The notes under the pieces were generated by a model. The model ran no database searches, was not told where the DNA came from, and saw only the letters and a program-made list of their open reading frames with translations. This document shows, piece after piece, positions 1 to 13,269 of a DNA stretch of 64,000 nucleotides (position 1 is the first letter of the stretch; each line of letters starts with the position of its first letter). This DNA is from Lobosporangium transversale (lineage: Eukaryota), in assembly GCF_002105155.1 (NCBI RefSeq), contig NW_019028992.1, positions 682,001-746,000 of the forward strand, written 5' to 3'. A program made the position numbers and the translations under genes.

Positions 1-267
1 CAAATGTCTAAGATACCTCTCATGGAATGGCCAGCAAACTCTCCTGACATCAACCCAATAGAAAACAAATGGGCATACATGAAGGTGCAGTTGGATCATT
101 ATCCAGACAAGCCAAAGAATATGGAGGATCTCTGGGAGAGAGTCCAAGACGTATGGACACATATCCCTCCTGAATTCTTACACAAACTATACTGCGGTAT
201 GCCGAAGAGGATGAGGGAGTTATATAAGGCTAAAGGAGGGAACATCGTTAGGGGAAAGGAGAAGTAA
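1..267 (+). mobile_element. Tc1/mariner DDE transposase, C-terminal part (5'-truncated by window edge)
   Basis: ORF 4..267 contains WPANSPDINPIENKW, matching the Tc1-family WPxxSPDLNPIExxW motif that carries the catalytic Glu, then the typical ..DLWERVQDVW..IP...L...MPKRM....KAKGG tail. Confidence 0.9.
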
Positions 268-313
268 CAGGAATAAATAAAAACAAGAAGTTGTTAATTG
301 CCATAATAGATGC

Positions 314-1603
314 AATGAGATGCTGAAAGCAAATTGCAATTAAATGCTAAATAGGCCACTGATGGCGATGACGATGAGACTCCATGGAGGTGAGACAAAT
401 GAGAATGAGAAACGGTGGTGGCAGGGAAGATCATAAAGAAGAAGAAGGAAAATGAGGAATGAATGTTGAAAAATGCAAATTAATGCATCAGTTTCGGATG
501 AACGAGAGGTGAAAACGTGGAGCAAATTAATCAAGCACACGCGATTTGTTTCCGAATCTGAAGTCATGAGCTCGAATATGGAAATGCCACGTAAGGCATT
601 AAGCTTGATCTTACCTAGGCCCATTGCCATTAGGTCTCGAGCCCCCTGGAGCTGAGCTGCAGTCACAGATGCCTGAGTGCTTGGGGTTTGGCGAGTCGAG
701 GCCTTGTTGCCGGGCTGGAAGCTGTAAACTCTGTCGTATTGCTCAGCTGCCTCGAAAAGCCGATATACGGTGAGTGTTTGGGTCACCTGGAGAGAACGCA
801 AGAGATGGTTCAAGGTTGGGGCACAGCCTTGTACGAAGCAAATAAATGCAAAATCTTCAATGACTTTTTGACCACCGACTGAAGCTTCGTCGGCTAGCAG
901 GGCAGTTAGGAGCTCGCGCGTTTCAGCGACGTAATCAACGACCGTGGAGACCATTGTCAGGGATGAGGGGCGGTACCGGATGAGCTGAGAGAAATCATTT
1001 GGGATGGATGCAGTGGAAAACTGAACTCAAGAGTTTTAAATGTGGCATCTTCAGCGATGACGGAGACATTCAGCCATTGGGCGACATCGGGACTGAGGAA
1101 GGCAATGGCTAAAACGGTCTGAGGCGCGTCGGGCACAGAAGCGCCCACAAAGAACCGGCGCATGGGGTGCAACCAGGTGGTGGCCATAAAACCATCGCGC
1201 TTGCCATCGAGTTTGTCGGGTTGTGAGTACTTAAAGGAGGAAGAAGTAGGGTGTCAGAGACAAGAGTCATGGTAGACAGAAGGAAAGAGAGTTGATCGAG
1301 GGAGAGCAGGGAACGGGAGAGTTTGCGAAGGTAGGGGATCAGGGCACATGGGGTAGAGGTCGAGGATCAAGGAAGCTTTGCTAACATGTGGAAGTAAAGA
1401 CAAAAAGGTAGTTTTATTACAAGTCAGACTAGAAACTGTGACAAATGAGACATGAATAAACAAATAATGATTATTTGCTAATTGTGTCGTTGGTGAGGAC
1501 ACCGATGACGGTTTATGGAGGTGAGACATATGAGAACGAGAAACCGCGATGGCAGGGAAGATCATTAGAAAAAAGAAAGGAGAATGAAGAATGAATATCA
1601 AAA
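314..1603 (-). mobile_element. Degenerate LTR-retrotransposon-like relic: gag-like remnant between two diverged ~160 bp direct repeats
   Basis: Minus-strand frame FKYSQPDKLDGKRDGFMATTWLHPMRRFF..QTVLAIAFLSPDVAQW (1233-1075) resembles Ty3/gypsy Retrotrans_gag. It continues after a frameshift as TVVDYVAETRELL..FAFICFVQG. Direct repeats at ~314-472 and ~1443-1603 (e.g. ATGGAGGTGAGACA-ATGAGAA-GAGAAAC..TGGCAGGGAAGATCAT..GAA in both). Confidence 0.65.
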
Positions 1604-1688
1604 CCCACAGATTATGTAGAAAATAAAACTCCACTTTTTGTACAATTTGGTTTATTGAATATCTTGATGTTGAGCATTAAGCGAAAAA

Positions 1689-4455
1689 TTACAGTGTTGA
1701 GAACAAGAGAGGACGATCGAAAGTGGATTCAAGCAACTGTTCATCAAGTTCGGTGAGGTTGGTTCCAATTTGAAGACTATTCCGTTTCTGTTCGTTCTCC
1801 AACTCCTTCTGTATCACCTCTAAGGCCTGCAACTTTTGAGCCATTGTATCTTGTAATTCTTTCTCAGCCATTACCCGAATCAATCCAACCTGTTGTTCGA
1901 CATGTTGCTTGATATCTACCAACTGCGTGAGGACTTCCTTGGTTTGACGATAAAAGATCTCGCGATTGTGAGCTGCATGTCGCTCAATCATGATCGTCTC
2001 TTGTTCTAGACGGTCTGCTTCAGTATCATTCTCACGCATCTCCTGTAACATGGCTTCAATCCGCTCCTGTCGACTTTTCACGTGTGCTTGATGGTTGTTT
2101 ATTTCCGTTCGAGCAAGCTATGATATTGCGGAGAATAAACCCAAAAGTAAGCGTTAGCCATAACGTAGTATATCAATAGCAAATTGACCTGTTTGCTTGA
2201 GCCATGAATCGTACCTCTTTCTCTTCTTGATACTTTTGTCTCAAAACTCCAAGTTGGTACTCTCGTTCCGCAAGCAGCCTTGAGCCTTCTTCAACTTGAT
2301 CCTTCAACTTCTCCAGTTCCTCCTCGAGTGTAAATCGTTCATTGCTAACCTCGTTCCTATCCTTTGCGATTTTCGTCCTGAGAGCACTCACGACCCTATC
2401 CACTTTGCCCTTAATATCGACTGAGAACAGCTTTCCAGTGTTGGATGTAGCATTATCGAGACTTAGTCTCAATTCATAGTCCTGGCCGCCAGCATACTTT
2501 GCAGAAATGGGCACAATCCCAATCTTGACCGCTAATGCATTGTATTCTTTTGCTAACCTCTCAGCTTCTATTTCCCCCTGTTGAAAACGGTTGTCGAGGC
2601 TACGTTGTTCATTCTCAAGATCATTTAGTTGTTGTTTTAATCCTTCTTCTCGTCGTTTCAAACGATCCCGTTCCTCTATTTTGGTTTGTAATTCTCCCCG
2701 ACTGATGGTTTGTGACCGTACTACTTCCTGAACCTCTACTTTGGCATGTTCTAGCTCTTCTAGCTTCCTCTGTTTGTTTTCAATCGTCTTCTTAGTCTCT
2801 TCATTAGCGCGACGAAGACTCTCAATCCGAGGTTCTGCATGTTCAATTGCCTTTTGAAATTGTTCAATGTCATCCTTGAGGGTTTGTTGCTCCTTTTCCA
2901 ATATTACAAGTGGTGACTAAAAAAAGAAAAAAAAAAAAGTATAACCGAATTTACAGGGGAAAAAAATATAGTAAAATATAATAAAATAAAAATAAAAAGT
3001 CGTTTTTAGAAAGATATTCATTTTTATTTGAAAGACTCTTTTTTTTATTCCACCATAATATTTTACCTCTTCTGTTTCAAAAGCCTGTAGTTCCTGTTTT
3101 AATGCATCGATGGCAGCAGTTCTGGAACGTAATTCCTCCTGTGCATATTCCATTCGTCTTTGTAAACTTAATTCTAACTTCGACTCCAGATCGGGATCCT
3201 GTAGGTTACCGGTCAACATCCATATCCTGTAAGTCCTTGTCAAATAATGATAGAGTGCCTTTTCAGCTGTCACCAGAGACATATCCATCTTGGGATCTAG
3301 ATCTCGTGCACGACTATATGAAAGACTATATTGCTGTTGCTGTTGTTGCTGCAGTAGTGCTTCTGTCAACTCTTTGAATCTCTCAAGAACCTATGAAGGG
3401 AAATAAATAGTAATAATAATAATAATAATAATAAAAGACGAAAAGCAATATGAGTGCTTCATCCCTTGTTACTCCATATATATTCTTGACCTGATCCTTA
3501 TCTTGCTGTTGTCGAAAATGGACCTACCATAATGACTTCTATCATCCAACCGAGTAAAGCAAGCATATTTGGCCAAGAATGAGGGGTTCCGACAGTATAG
3601 AGCGATGTTTTCGAAATTGTATCTGCTGCTGGATACCTAAATTATAGCAGAAAAATATTAGGCTTTTTTTTAATTAGAAAAGGTTTCTTTTTTTTTTTTT
3701 TTTTTTTTTCTTATCTTCCCACTTGAATCGTGCCTTCTCCTTCTTCTTATTGTTATTATGATTATTATCATACCTCATAGTCTTGAGTAACATCGGAACC
3801 TCATCTTCGAATTTCTTCTGAAATTCATATCCAGGCTCCAATCTTAGATATAAAAACTTGAAGATGTCTTGAAAATCCTTATTGGTCGGATGAGTCAAAT
3901 TCTTGGTGGTAATCGTCTGCGGAAATCCAGATTGAGTTAAATATCCCAAGATGGTGTGAATCAACGTCCTTTGAAAACTTTTATCCTTGACTGGTCTTGG
4001 ATCTCGGATATTGATTGAACTCGTCGATATCCCTGAAATGCCCGCAGCGCTGAGTGATCCCGGCATTCCTACCCCTCCACCGCCTCCCCCTGTACTACTA
4101 AATGACTGTCGAGGTGCGAAACTACTCATCCTTCTATTAATTCAAATTAAAAAAAACGTAAAAAAACGTAAAAAAAAATAATAATAAAATGATAAGTTTC
4201 TGATATAAAAATGCAAAATGTGTTAGCAGCATATGGAGAGAAAACAAAAAAAAAAAAAAAAAAAAGTGTATACCGGTTGTTGGGTGGTCCCATAAGGCTG
4301 CCAGTAAGCATTCCATAGTCATCGCCAGTGAGTGGGCCCATAGGTGAAGGTCGTTGTGAGAATTGACTTCCAATGATGGATTGGCGCAGACTAGAGGCCA
4401 TGCTCCATCGACTGCTTCCACTTCCAGGTCCACTGCCGGCCGAAAAAGGCTGCAT
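1689..4455 (-). CDS. NDC80: Kinetochore protein Ndc80/Hec1; exons ~4455-4274, 4133-3774, 3636-3528, 3390-3067, 2916-2215, 2117-1689
   Basis: HEC/Ndc80 CH domain IRDPRPVKDKSFQ..PTNKDFQDIFKFLY..FQKKFEDEVPMLLKTMRYP..ISKTSLYTVGTPHSWPNMLALLGW followed by long coiled coil. GT-AG joins keep the frame. Start could be 4455 or 4401. Confidence 0.93.
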
Positions 4456-4562
4456 GCTGTTTTTTGATGTTTCCTGGAATGAAGAATCAAAATCGAGTAA
4501 ACTCAAGGATAACTGTTTTTTTTTAAAAAAATAGGCCGTTGTAACTGTGCGGCCAAGAAATA

Positions 4563-4570
4563 GACGCGTT
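4563..4570. promoter_or_regulatory. MCB-like element (ACGCGT) upstream of NDC80
   Basis: GACGCGTT ~110 bp upstream of the NDC80 start. ACGCGT is the fungal MBF cell-cycle box, but the hexamer also occurs elsewhere in the window. Confidence 0.3.
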
Positions 4571-5134
4571 CCTGAAATATTGCTTTAGTGAACAATTGCA
4601 GTCACAAACTCTTCTGAGAGTCAACCAAGCAAAAGGCAAAAGGCAAATAAACAATCTTCCTAAGCTGCCGACAAGCTTTTTCCAAAAGATTCGCTGTCAG
4701 TATTGGTTGCTTGTTATTGAGATCTTTTTTTTTTTCCGACCAAATAGCACCACCACAAGAAGTCAATGAAATATGAAATTACAATGATAAATATATTTGA
4801 GTTGAGTTGTAAGTGCGACATAAAAAAAGGCAAAAAAAAAAAAAAAAAAATGAATCTATACAGTGACAGGTAATAAAATACAAAGTAATCAAAAAGATAA
4901 TGTTACAGTCCTTTTCAAAAGGGAAAAAGTTTCGACAAAAGCAAGCTGTGGTCTCAAAAAAAAAGAGTTCGTAATATGAGGGATGCAAATATCCATTCTG
5001 TGTTGGAGGGATAAGGACCAAAGTGGTAAAAAAAAAAAAAAATCCGAGTGATTGAGTGGTTGAACAAATAGATGTGAGAGTGGCCTATCCATTCGACTTT
5101 TTCCAACCAACTTGAAACGCTCCTATGCTCACAC

Positions 5135-8100
5135 TCAGGGCAACCATTTATCATCTTCTGTCCTCCTATGCAAGATCTCACTGAATATGGCGGCTTTGGA
5201 CAGTGGTGATGACTGATAACTGTAGCGATTCCGTGTAGTGAGATACTGTTCCAATCTTGTCAGCATTGCTTGTGCTGGACATCGTCTCTTGGCAAAAGAA
5301 ACCTCCTTGTTTACAATGATGTGAGTAAACTTATGACTGTGCAGCCTTTCGTGGGGACACAAAAAATATATACAGCCGACTCGCTTCCTAAAAGCTTTTC
5401 TTTTCTTTCTTTTCTTTTGTTTCCCCGCTTTGGCTGCTTGACATCATCGATAACCACCGGAGTCCCCTATGGCCTATCTTTTACTGATCCGCTTCTAATG
5501 TTATTGCTCGTCGTGGTCGTCGTCGTAGTACTCGCATCTTGTCGACCCGCTCTTCAAGCACTATAGCCTCTTCATTTTCAACTTCAACAGCCTCAGGGTA
5601 TTCACGTTGTTGTTCCTTTATATAATAGAGACCAATAACCGGAGCGCGTTTGCCAAAGCAATGATCAAATGTGTCATCCTCATCACACACATGATCTTCT
5701 TCTTCTTCCCTGCGGCACCGCTTCATTCGCTTGCCATTGTCGAAATGGTCATTTTCGAATGCATCTCGCTTCCTCTTCGGTGGCCGCACTACTTCCTTTG
5801 GACGACTCTTCTTTTCTCGGAACTCCTTCTGTAGCTGCTCTACTACAGTCGATGTTACATCCTGCTCTTGGCTGATTATTGTAGTTTGTCCGTTATCATC
5901 TTCATCACCGCTCTGATAGATGCTGCTTCCTGCATCATTATGATCAGGACTATGGCCACGACTACGGCCATGAATATGACTGGGAGACGGCTGAGCTTTA
6001 CTGCAGCTTACATTACTTGTAACGCTGTTACTGCTACTAGTGCCATTACCACTGATACTACCATTGTTGCTGCTGCTACTACTGCTACTGTTAAATTCAA
6101 ACACATTAGGACCTTCTGTCAACGTCTTGAACATATTGGGGTCAAAAGCAGTAGTTTTGAATTGTGGAACCGAGTGAGGGTATTGGAATGGCGTTGTGAA
6201 TTTCGCTGGCTTTGTTTGTTCCTGTGCAGATTTAGAAGACTGAGGAGGAGGTGATGGTGGCGGAGGTGATGGTAAAGGTGAAGGTGATCGGTCTCCATGA
6301 AGGGAAGGTGAGCCACGTGGTGAAGGTTGAGGGCGCGGGGATGGTGGGCGTGTACCCTGCAACGATCGTGTAGCCCATGGATTGGCTATTGGTTCAAGAA
6401 TGTTCGTTCCTAGTGCTGAAGGTGTGTCTGTGTTATGCTCTTCCTCTAATCCAGGGTATAATAATCCATTCGTCGGAGGGAATGGTACTGGAAATTCTGC
6501 ATGACGTTGCTGATACAAGAAGCTCTCTGATTGGAAATATTCTTCCTCTGTAATACTTGTGTCAGCCTCATTCTCATCATCATCCGACTGTAGTGATTGT
6601 CGCTTGGATGAATTTTTCTTTGGCTTTGACGGCCATAGCACACGAGGGAGGCGTGCTCCATAGGCAGCTGAGGGGGTGGCTTCTTCGTAGAGTTGAGGTT
6701 CAAAATAGAACTTGTTTCCACGGCTGAAGTAAAGTACATATGAAGAATACAAGGTGTTTTAGGGACATTAGACAGATTAAATATTGCACACCATTTCATT
6801 CACAAGGACAAAGAGATCAGACAGGGCAATAGAAAGCCAATGACAGCCTACAAGTACTGTAGATATGTGGTTGCATACTTACGCCATGTACGACAGATGA
6901 TGCCTGGCATAAATCCGTCGATTCTCTCTAATGGCTAATTCCTGCTCATATTGCTCTTTCGGGTCAATTCCTTGGCTATATCGCTCTGCTCGGTCATCCT
7001 GGAAAGGATTATGCGCTGGCTTTGACCGCACTGTTAATGACGAAGATGACCAATCTGAGTCGTAATACTCCTCTTCTTCCTGTTGCAGCTTATGTTGCTC
7101 TCGCTTTTCCTCTAGCCTTTGCTTTTGCCACTGACCGTTCGGCGTACAAGATTCCAGCTCATATTCTTGTTTCCGTCCCTCAGTCTCATGCATCACAGTA
7201 AAGACCATCTCTGAATGGTAACCACGATCAATGGGAGCAGGGGTCTTGGTAAAGAGGATCACATCCGTATCAAGGCCACCGCAGTCGGGGTGTGGCGGAG
7301 TACGCTGACCAGCAACGTATTCAATGCATGGGTTGCCTTGCAAAGGTGTAGCCGTTCCTGGGACAAAGTCAGGTTCGCCTGCAAACACTTCGTCCACGTA
7401 GCTCTGTTCCTCGGCCACGGAGGGTGAGAAATCCGCACCTGCTTCTTCATTGTAATCCTGCATCCACTGATACTTATTTTCGGTTCTTTTGTCCTCCTCC
7501 TCCTCCTCTTCGTCTTCTGCGAAACCACTGTCAGGCTCATGCAGCTTGGCCGAAGGTTGATGTGAAGGTCTATCGCTCCGCGGCAACCGAGATGGTTTGT
7601 GTGTGTGGTGCTCGATAGCCTGGCCCTCATCATCCTCTTCCTTCTTTTCCTCGATTTCTTCTGTAGCTTGATTCTCATAGTCCTGCCTTTGCTTTCGAGT
7701 CAACAAAGGACGTGAGCTAGATTCACATTCATTTCCTGTATACCGTTCCGGCAGGTATGATACATGCAAGTCTTTGCGGGCAAGTACAGGTGAGGATGAG
7801 GGTGAAAGAATAGATGATTGCAGAGGTGATTGATAGTCGTTGTGGAGAGAAGCCTTGCCCTTCAAGCCTGGTGCACTGTAATCTTCGGAGATAAAGTTAT
7901 CTGCTAACGGATTAGAGTCATGGTCCTGGCTCTGAAATGATGCGTTAGGATCATAAGGTGAGTGAGCTTCGTTAAGTGAGTCAAATTCATCTCGATCCTC
8001 AATACTCCTGAGTAAGGCGCGTGCTGCCTCACTAGGCTTCTGATCATCAAATGGTGGGATGTCATATTCATCTTCATTATTAAAATCTAAATCGTAAGTT

Positions 8101-8193
8101 TTTCTGGCATTGTTCGCCTCCTCCTCCTCCTCTTCCTCTTCACCAATGTCTGGCCACAGTGTCCGTGGTCTGATGTCATGTGTTTCCTCATCA
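5135..8193 (-). CDS. Large acidic/Ser-Pro-rich, probably disordered hypothetical protein (multi-exon, 5' end not resolved)
   Basis: Long open frames ~8193-6881 and ~6727-5485 and a terminal exon ~5387-5135, linked by GT-AG boundaries. Basic NLS-like segments RPPKRKR, KRMKRCRR. No recognisable domain. Confidence 0.6.
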
Positions 8194-9273
8194 CTATGAG
8201 TTGTACATGTCGCATGTGAAAAAGAGGAAAAGAGATAAAATATTAATAGAGGAAATTTGCATCATTATTATTGCTGTTGACGTAATTTCTCTTATTGTTG
8301 CTAATTCCAGTCTTTTTTCTTCTTATTGGTCAATCAAGTTGTCACAACAAGATGATGTTGTTGTTATTGTTGTTACAATTAAGGAAGAAGGACGCGTTAC
8401 AGGTAACAAATAGGCCGAGTGTATAAATACTGAGCGTATGGGTGTAGTTGAAGGAGCAAATGTTAAGGCTAAAAACAAAGAAGAGAATCGCACCTTGATA
8501 CCTCACGTTCCTCCTCAACGTGTTTTCCACGGAACACACATAGAAAGCGATAATGATTTGACGTGACAAACGGCATAAGCACAATGAATCGGATTGACAA
8601 TAGAGGAGATGTGCAATCAATCAATTCGGCAATGAATTAGAAAATTACTAAAATAAATATAATAATTTAAGAAAAAAAAGTAAAATTGATTAAAATAGAA
8701 AATAGTTGAAGAAAGGAGTCGTCGTGCCTTGTACGCGTTGTTTTCTGTTTTACTTTGCCCAAACATGTAATTCAAGCCACACTGAAGGAGATATGCGGAA
8801 TTTGTAATTTATTCAAAGGCTTGAACATGCACCACAATAAAATTACTCTTGTTATTTCTAAGGCAGCCTCCATTTGCCAAAATGATTAGAGTCTGGAGCA
8901 TGAAATATCTATCATAAAGGACTGTTTAATACCCAGCTCGCTTGCTTGATGACTTTTATTTTGTTTTCCTTCAAAGGAATTCAAGATCAATTTTAGGAGA
9001 GAAAACAAGAACGTGATGGAATTGCTAAGAGATCATAACATAATGATTAATACAAGCTGGTGCTATTGTTTCCCTGCCCTTGTATTTCAAATATTCCGAA
9101 TCTGATAGGAACGCCCTTTATAATCTGCGGAGTAAATTATGCATCTTTTTTTTTGGAAGTGGTATATATATCCATCTCTCTCACACACAGAAGAGCATAT
9201 TTTATTTTGTAATGTAATTATCATTGTTATTAAGGTTATTGTTGCCATCCTGCATTCATAACAACTTGACAAC

Positions 9274-9681
9274 TCAAAAGTCTGTCACTCGTCCTTTGAA
9301 AGACCAATCTCCGAAGCGGACTGGTTCTCGTTTAGGTCCCCCTACTTCTCCTGTTTGAGGATTGGTATCTCCTTCAAATTCCTCGGGCACGGGTGTCTTT
9401 GCGTCTGGATGATTTGTAGCCGGCCCAGATTCTGCTTGTTTAATCAGCTGCTCAAACTCAGCCTGGTCTTTGGCAGATCCTAAAGGGATAGGACCTGGTC
9501 CCTTTGGACGTAAACCCTTGTTGGTACTATACGATCGGTTGATGAAGTCACTTTTATATCTTACAGAAAGGATGGGCTGACGTTGTGTCCTCGGAAGAGT
9601 CACTGCGTCAAGGGAACGTAAAGTGCGGACATTTGAAGAGGCATTGCTCCGAAGAATGAATGAAGAGACTGAGGATGTCAT
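9274..9681 (-). CDS. SDH8: Succinate dehydrogenase assembly factor 4 (DUF1674), mitochondrial
   Basis: C-terminal signature NPQTGEVGGPKREPVRFGDWSFKGRVTDF and PGPIPLG..DQAEFEQL; Arg/Ser-rich presequence-like N-terminus; intronless. Confidence 0.95.
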   Translation of the reverse strand: MTSSVSSFILRSNASSNVRTLRSLDAVTLPRTQRQPILSVRYKSDFINRSYSTNKGLRPKGPGPIPLGSAKDQAEFEQLIKQAESGPATNHPDAKTPVPEEFEGDTNPQTGEVGGPKREPVRFGDWSFKGRVTDF

Positions 9682-9887
9682 GGTACCAATGAATGAGTAA
9701 ATGAATAAAGTGAGAAGAGATCAAGTGCGATGCGCACAGCAAAAGTAATTTTTGATCAAAAGTTAAAAAGACCCGCGTCGATCTAAATCGATAACATGAG
9801 GGCAATCTGCCCCATATGTCATTGGCATGAGGTGAATACAAAAAAGTGTTATCGAAATATGGCAAACTATCCCTACTCTCTCCCTTC

Positions 9888-9918
<31 letters not shown>

Positions 9919-9999
9919 TCTTGCCTTGGTTAATAAGTTTGCTTTCTCTCTTCTCGTTCTTACTTCATTCGTCCATTCTTCAACTTTATACAATTCCCC

Positions 10000-10531
10000 A
10001 TGCTCCTTTCCCTTAGAACCGTGGCTCCCGCCACCAAAGGTATGGAAAGATACAGATAGAGCGCGTCAAATTACAGGTCATATCATTGCCTTGTTCAATA
10101 AGTCACAACCTTCAATTCACCTTTGTGTTACTGGAATGCAAACCGGAGAAAAGACTGAAATGACAGGAGACACCATTGTCGTAATGTCATTCTGTTGAGA
10201 AATGAATGGCACCTGTCTCCACTCACCAGTGTTCCATTGTTCTCAATGTAATAAATGAAGAGAAAAAGTATATATATATATAAAGAAAGCGAGCTTAAAT
10301 CCCTGGCCTTTGACTATGAAGCAATAGTGAAAACTTCATGCGTTTGCCAACATGCTTCTTATGACATTTAAATGTCCTCTTAGTTGTAAAAAGAGCTGCA
10401 TTCGGAGCAATAAAGAAAAAAAGGATGGGATCGCCTCCCATTATTTTATTTTACATTTGTTCCACTGCCTACTTCTACTTTACCCACGCTCCTCCACCCT
10501 CGAACCTCGTGAGATGCGTCCTGAGCGCAGG

Positions 10532-10562
<31 letters not shown>

Positions 10563-12254
10563 GGGGGAGCAATGGACCCAAGGGAAAACTTGACTAAAAC
10601 ACCTTCGTACTGGATTTTTTTTTTTTTCTTTTCTGCATTAGTCGCTCAGCGTTTATTTAGCAGCTCATCCAAGGTTGCAGGCTATGACAAAACTATCAAG
10701 AACATGTTAATCAATAAGCAGACCAAAGTTGTCTGCCAAGGGTTCACTGGCAAGCAGGTAAGGATCTCTGCAATGATAAAAGTCTGTAACCAATCTGAAG
10801 TGAATCAGGACTCAATAAATGCCCATACAGAATATAAAAAAGCATATCAACCTTTTATTCTCATTGATCAAAAGAGGACATGACAATCATGCACAGTCTT
10901 GTTCATTTGTTGGTTTCATCCATTGTACCCAGAGGAAATCTCACATCTCAGGAGATCTTGACATGACAGTGCAATATGGAATATCGAAGCAATTTTTTAT
11001 GCTCAAACAGAGGAGTGGATATTTTCACGTATAGGATCTTAATTGACTTTGGTCTCGAATGCTCCGATGTATGCTTTTCAGTTCTTTGAATTGTATTCTT
11101 CAATTGAAAGAATGGGGAGGAGTAGTCTGGTTTAGGATCACAACTGGCGACAATTCAGCCGGAAATGGGCACTTTGACTAAATCTTTTTTGTTTCATCCT
11201 CTAATTGACAATTGACTATTGATTCGACTATTGATTCGGCTATTGACTATTGGTAATTGATCATCTATAGGGCACCTTCCACTCAAAACAAGCCATCGAG
11301 TATGGCACCAACATGGTCGGGGGCATCTCTCCAAAGAAAGGAGGTCAGACACATTTAGGACTCCCTGTTTTCAACACCGTTGCTGAAGCTACAAGGGAAC
11401 TCAAGCCCGATGCTAGTGTCATCTATGTCCCTCCTCCCATGGCTGCCGGAGCTATTATGGAGGCTATTGAAGCCGAGATCCCCCTCGTTGTTGCCATTAC
11501 TGAGGGAATCCCTCAACAGGATATGGTTCGCGTAAGTCTTTTAAACAATTGACCAAGTTGGACGATTCTCATTCAAGGAATCAAACCCCTGACTACTGAA
11601 TTAATTTTTCGTAAAAAAAAAAATAAAATAAAAAAAAATAAAAAAACGCGCAATTCATTTTATTCGAAGTAGGTCGTTAGAACATTAAAGTCACAGGACA
11701 AGACACGTTTGATTGGACCAAACTGCCCTGGAATCATTGCACCAGGTGCCTGCAAGATTGGTATTATGCCAGGCCATATCCACAAGCCCGGCAAGATTGG
11801 TATCGTTTCACGCTCTGGTACATTGACTTATGAGGCTGTCAATCAGACGACAGAGGTTGGTCTTGGTCAAACGTTGTGTGTTGGAATTGGAGGAGATCCT
11901 TTCAATGGGACCAACTTTATTGATTGCTTGACATTGTTCTTGGATGATCCTCATACGGAAGGGATTATCATGATTGGAGAGATTGGAGGTAGTGCCGAGG
12001 AAGAGGCCGCAGACTTCTTGAAGAAATACAATTCGACGCGCGAGAAGCCCAAGCCAGTGGTATCGTTCATTGCAGGACGCACTGCCCCACCTGGCCGTCG
12101 AATGGGTCATGCTGGGGCTATCATTGCGGGAGGCAAAGGTGGAGCAGATGACAAGATTAAGGCCCTTGAAAGTGCTGGGGTCGTTGTCTCGCAAAGCCCC
12201 GCAAAGCTGGGTGTGATGATGCGTGCGGAGATGGAGAAAGCAGGTTTGATTTAA
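10000..12254 (+). CDS. LSC1: Succinyl-CoA ligase alpha subunit; exons 10000-10039, 10642-10757, 11271-11531, 11673-12254
   Basis: Spliced protein [69 protein letters not shown] (phospho-His motif); all joins GT-AG and in frame. Confidence 0.97.
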
Positions 12255-13269
12255 ATAAAATAAAAAGGGAGAACTGTTGCTGTTTTTACTGGGGAACAAA
12301 AGGAAAATAAATGTCTTTGTTTTTTTTTTTTAGGAAAAAAAATAAAAAAAAAGAAAAACTATGCTTTTGCTATGCAAAACATTTGTTGTCTCCCGCGTGT
12401 TTGTTTGATAAAGCGACACGGACCTACAAATGATTACATTATCTGACGGTTTTTTTTCCCATGACAGACATGAAGGAAAAAAAACGGGCAGGCAACAAGA
12501 TCATTGGCGCTTTTTTTAAATAAAAAAGATGAATACAGATGAGCATAACATTTTTTATACACATGAGAGCGTGTGAAAGTGTTTTTAAGGATATTTGTGG
12601 AATGGAGGAGAAAGCGTGAAGATGAAAATTTGGTAATTACGAATAACCATGTTATCCAAAACATCTGCAGTTTATATATCATTTTAGCCCTTTGGCCACG
12701 CGCTGGCTGCGGGACCGATTGGATAATAAAAGAAAAAGAAAAAAAATAGACATGATCTCTAGATCAGATGCATGTAGTAAACTGGTCAAAATGTCATATC
12801 AATTGTACATGTATATTTTGCATGTTCATAAGAGACAGAGCATGCATTGCATTTATGCTCATCAAAGGAAATGATGATCAACACAAATATTCATCGTCTT
12901 ATGCCCTTCACATATTTTTATTCAAAGAAGAGAAAAAGCGAGTCTGTGTTTGTTTGTTTGTTTGTCTGCGCAACCACACCCTGTACATCTCTCATTCTCT
13001 TCACTCCACATTCATTCGTTTCATTCATTCATATTCGCTCACACTCTTTCATTCTCTCTTTTAATTAACAATTAACCAATCCCTGAACCCTTTTTTCTTT
13101 TCTTCCCAAGTCAATCCTTTACTGCTGCTCCAACTGTCTCCCCTTCCGTATCCCTCTCCCCCAAAAAAAAAAAAAAAAAAAAAAAAAACAAGAACGGTAT
13201 TGCTATTCATTCACACCCATTCATATCTCCAGCTCCTTATCAATAACAAATTAATCAGACTACGAAAGC

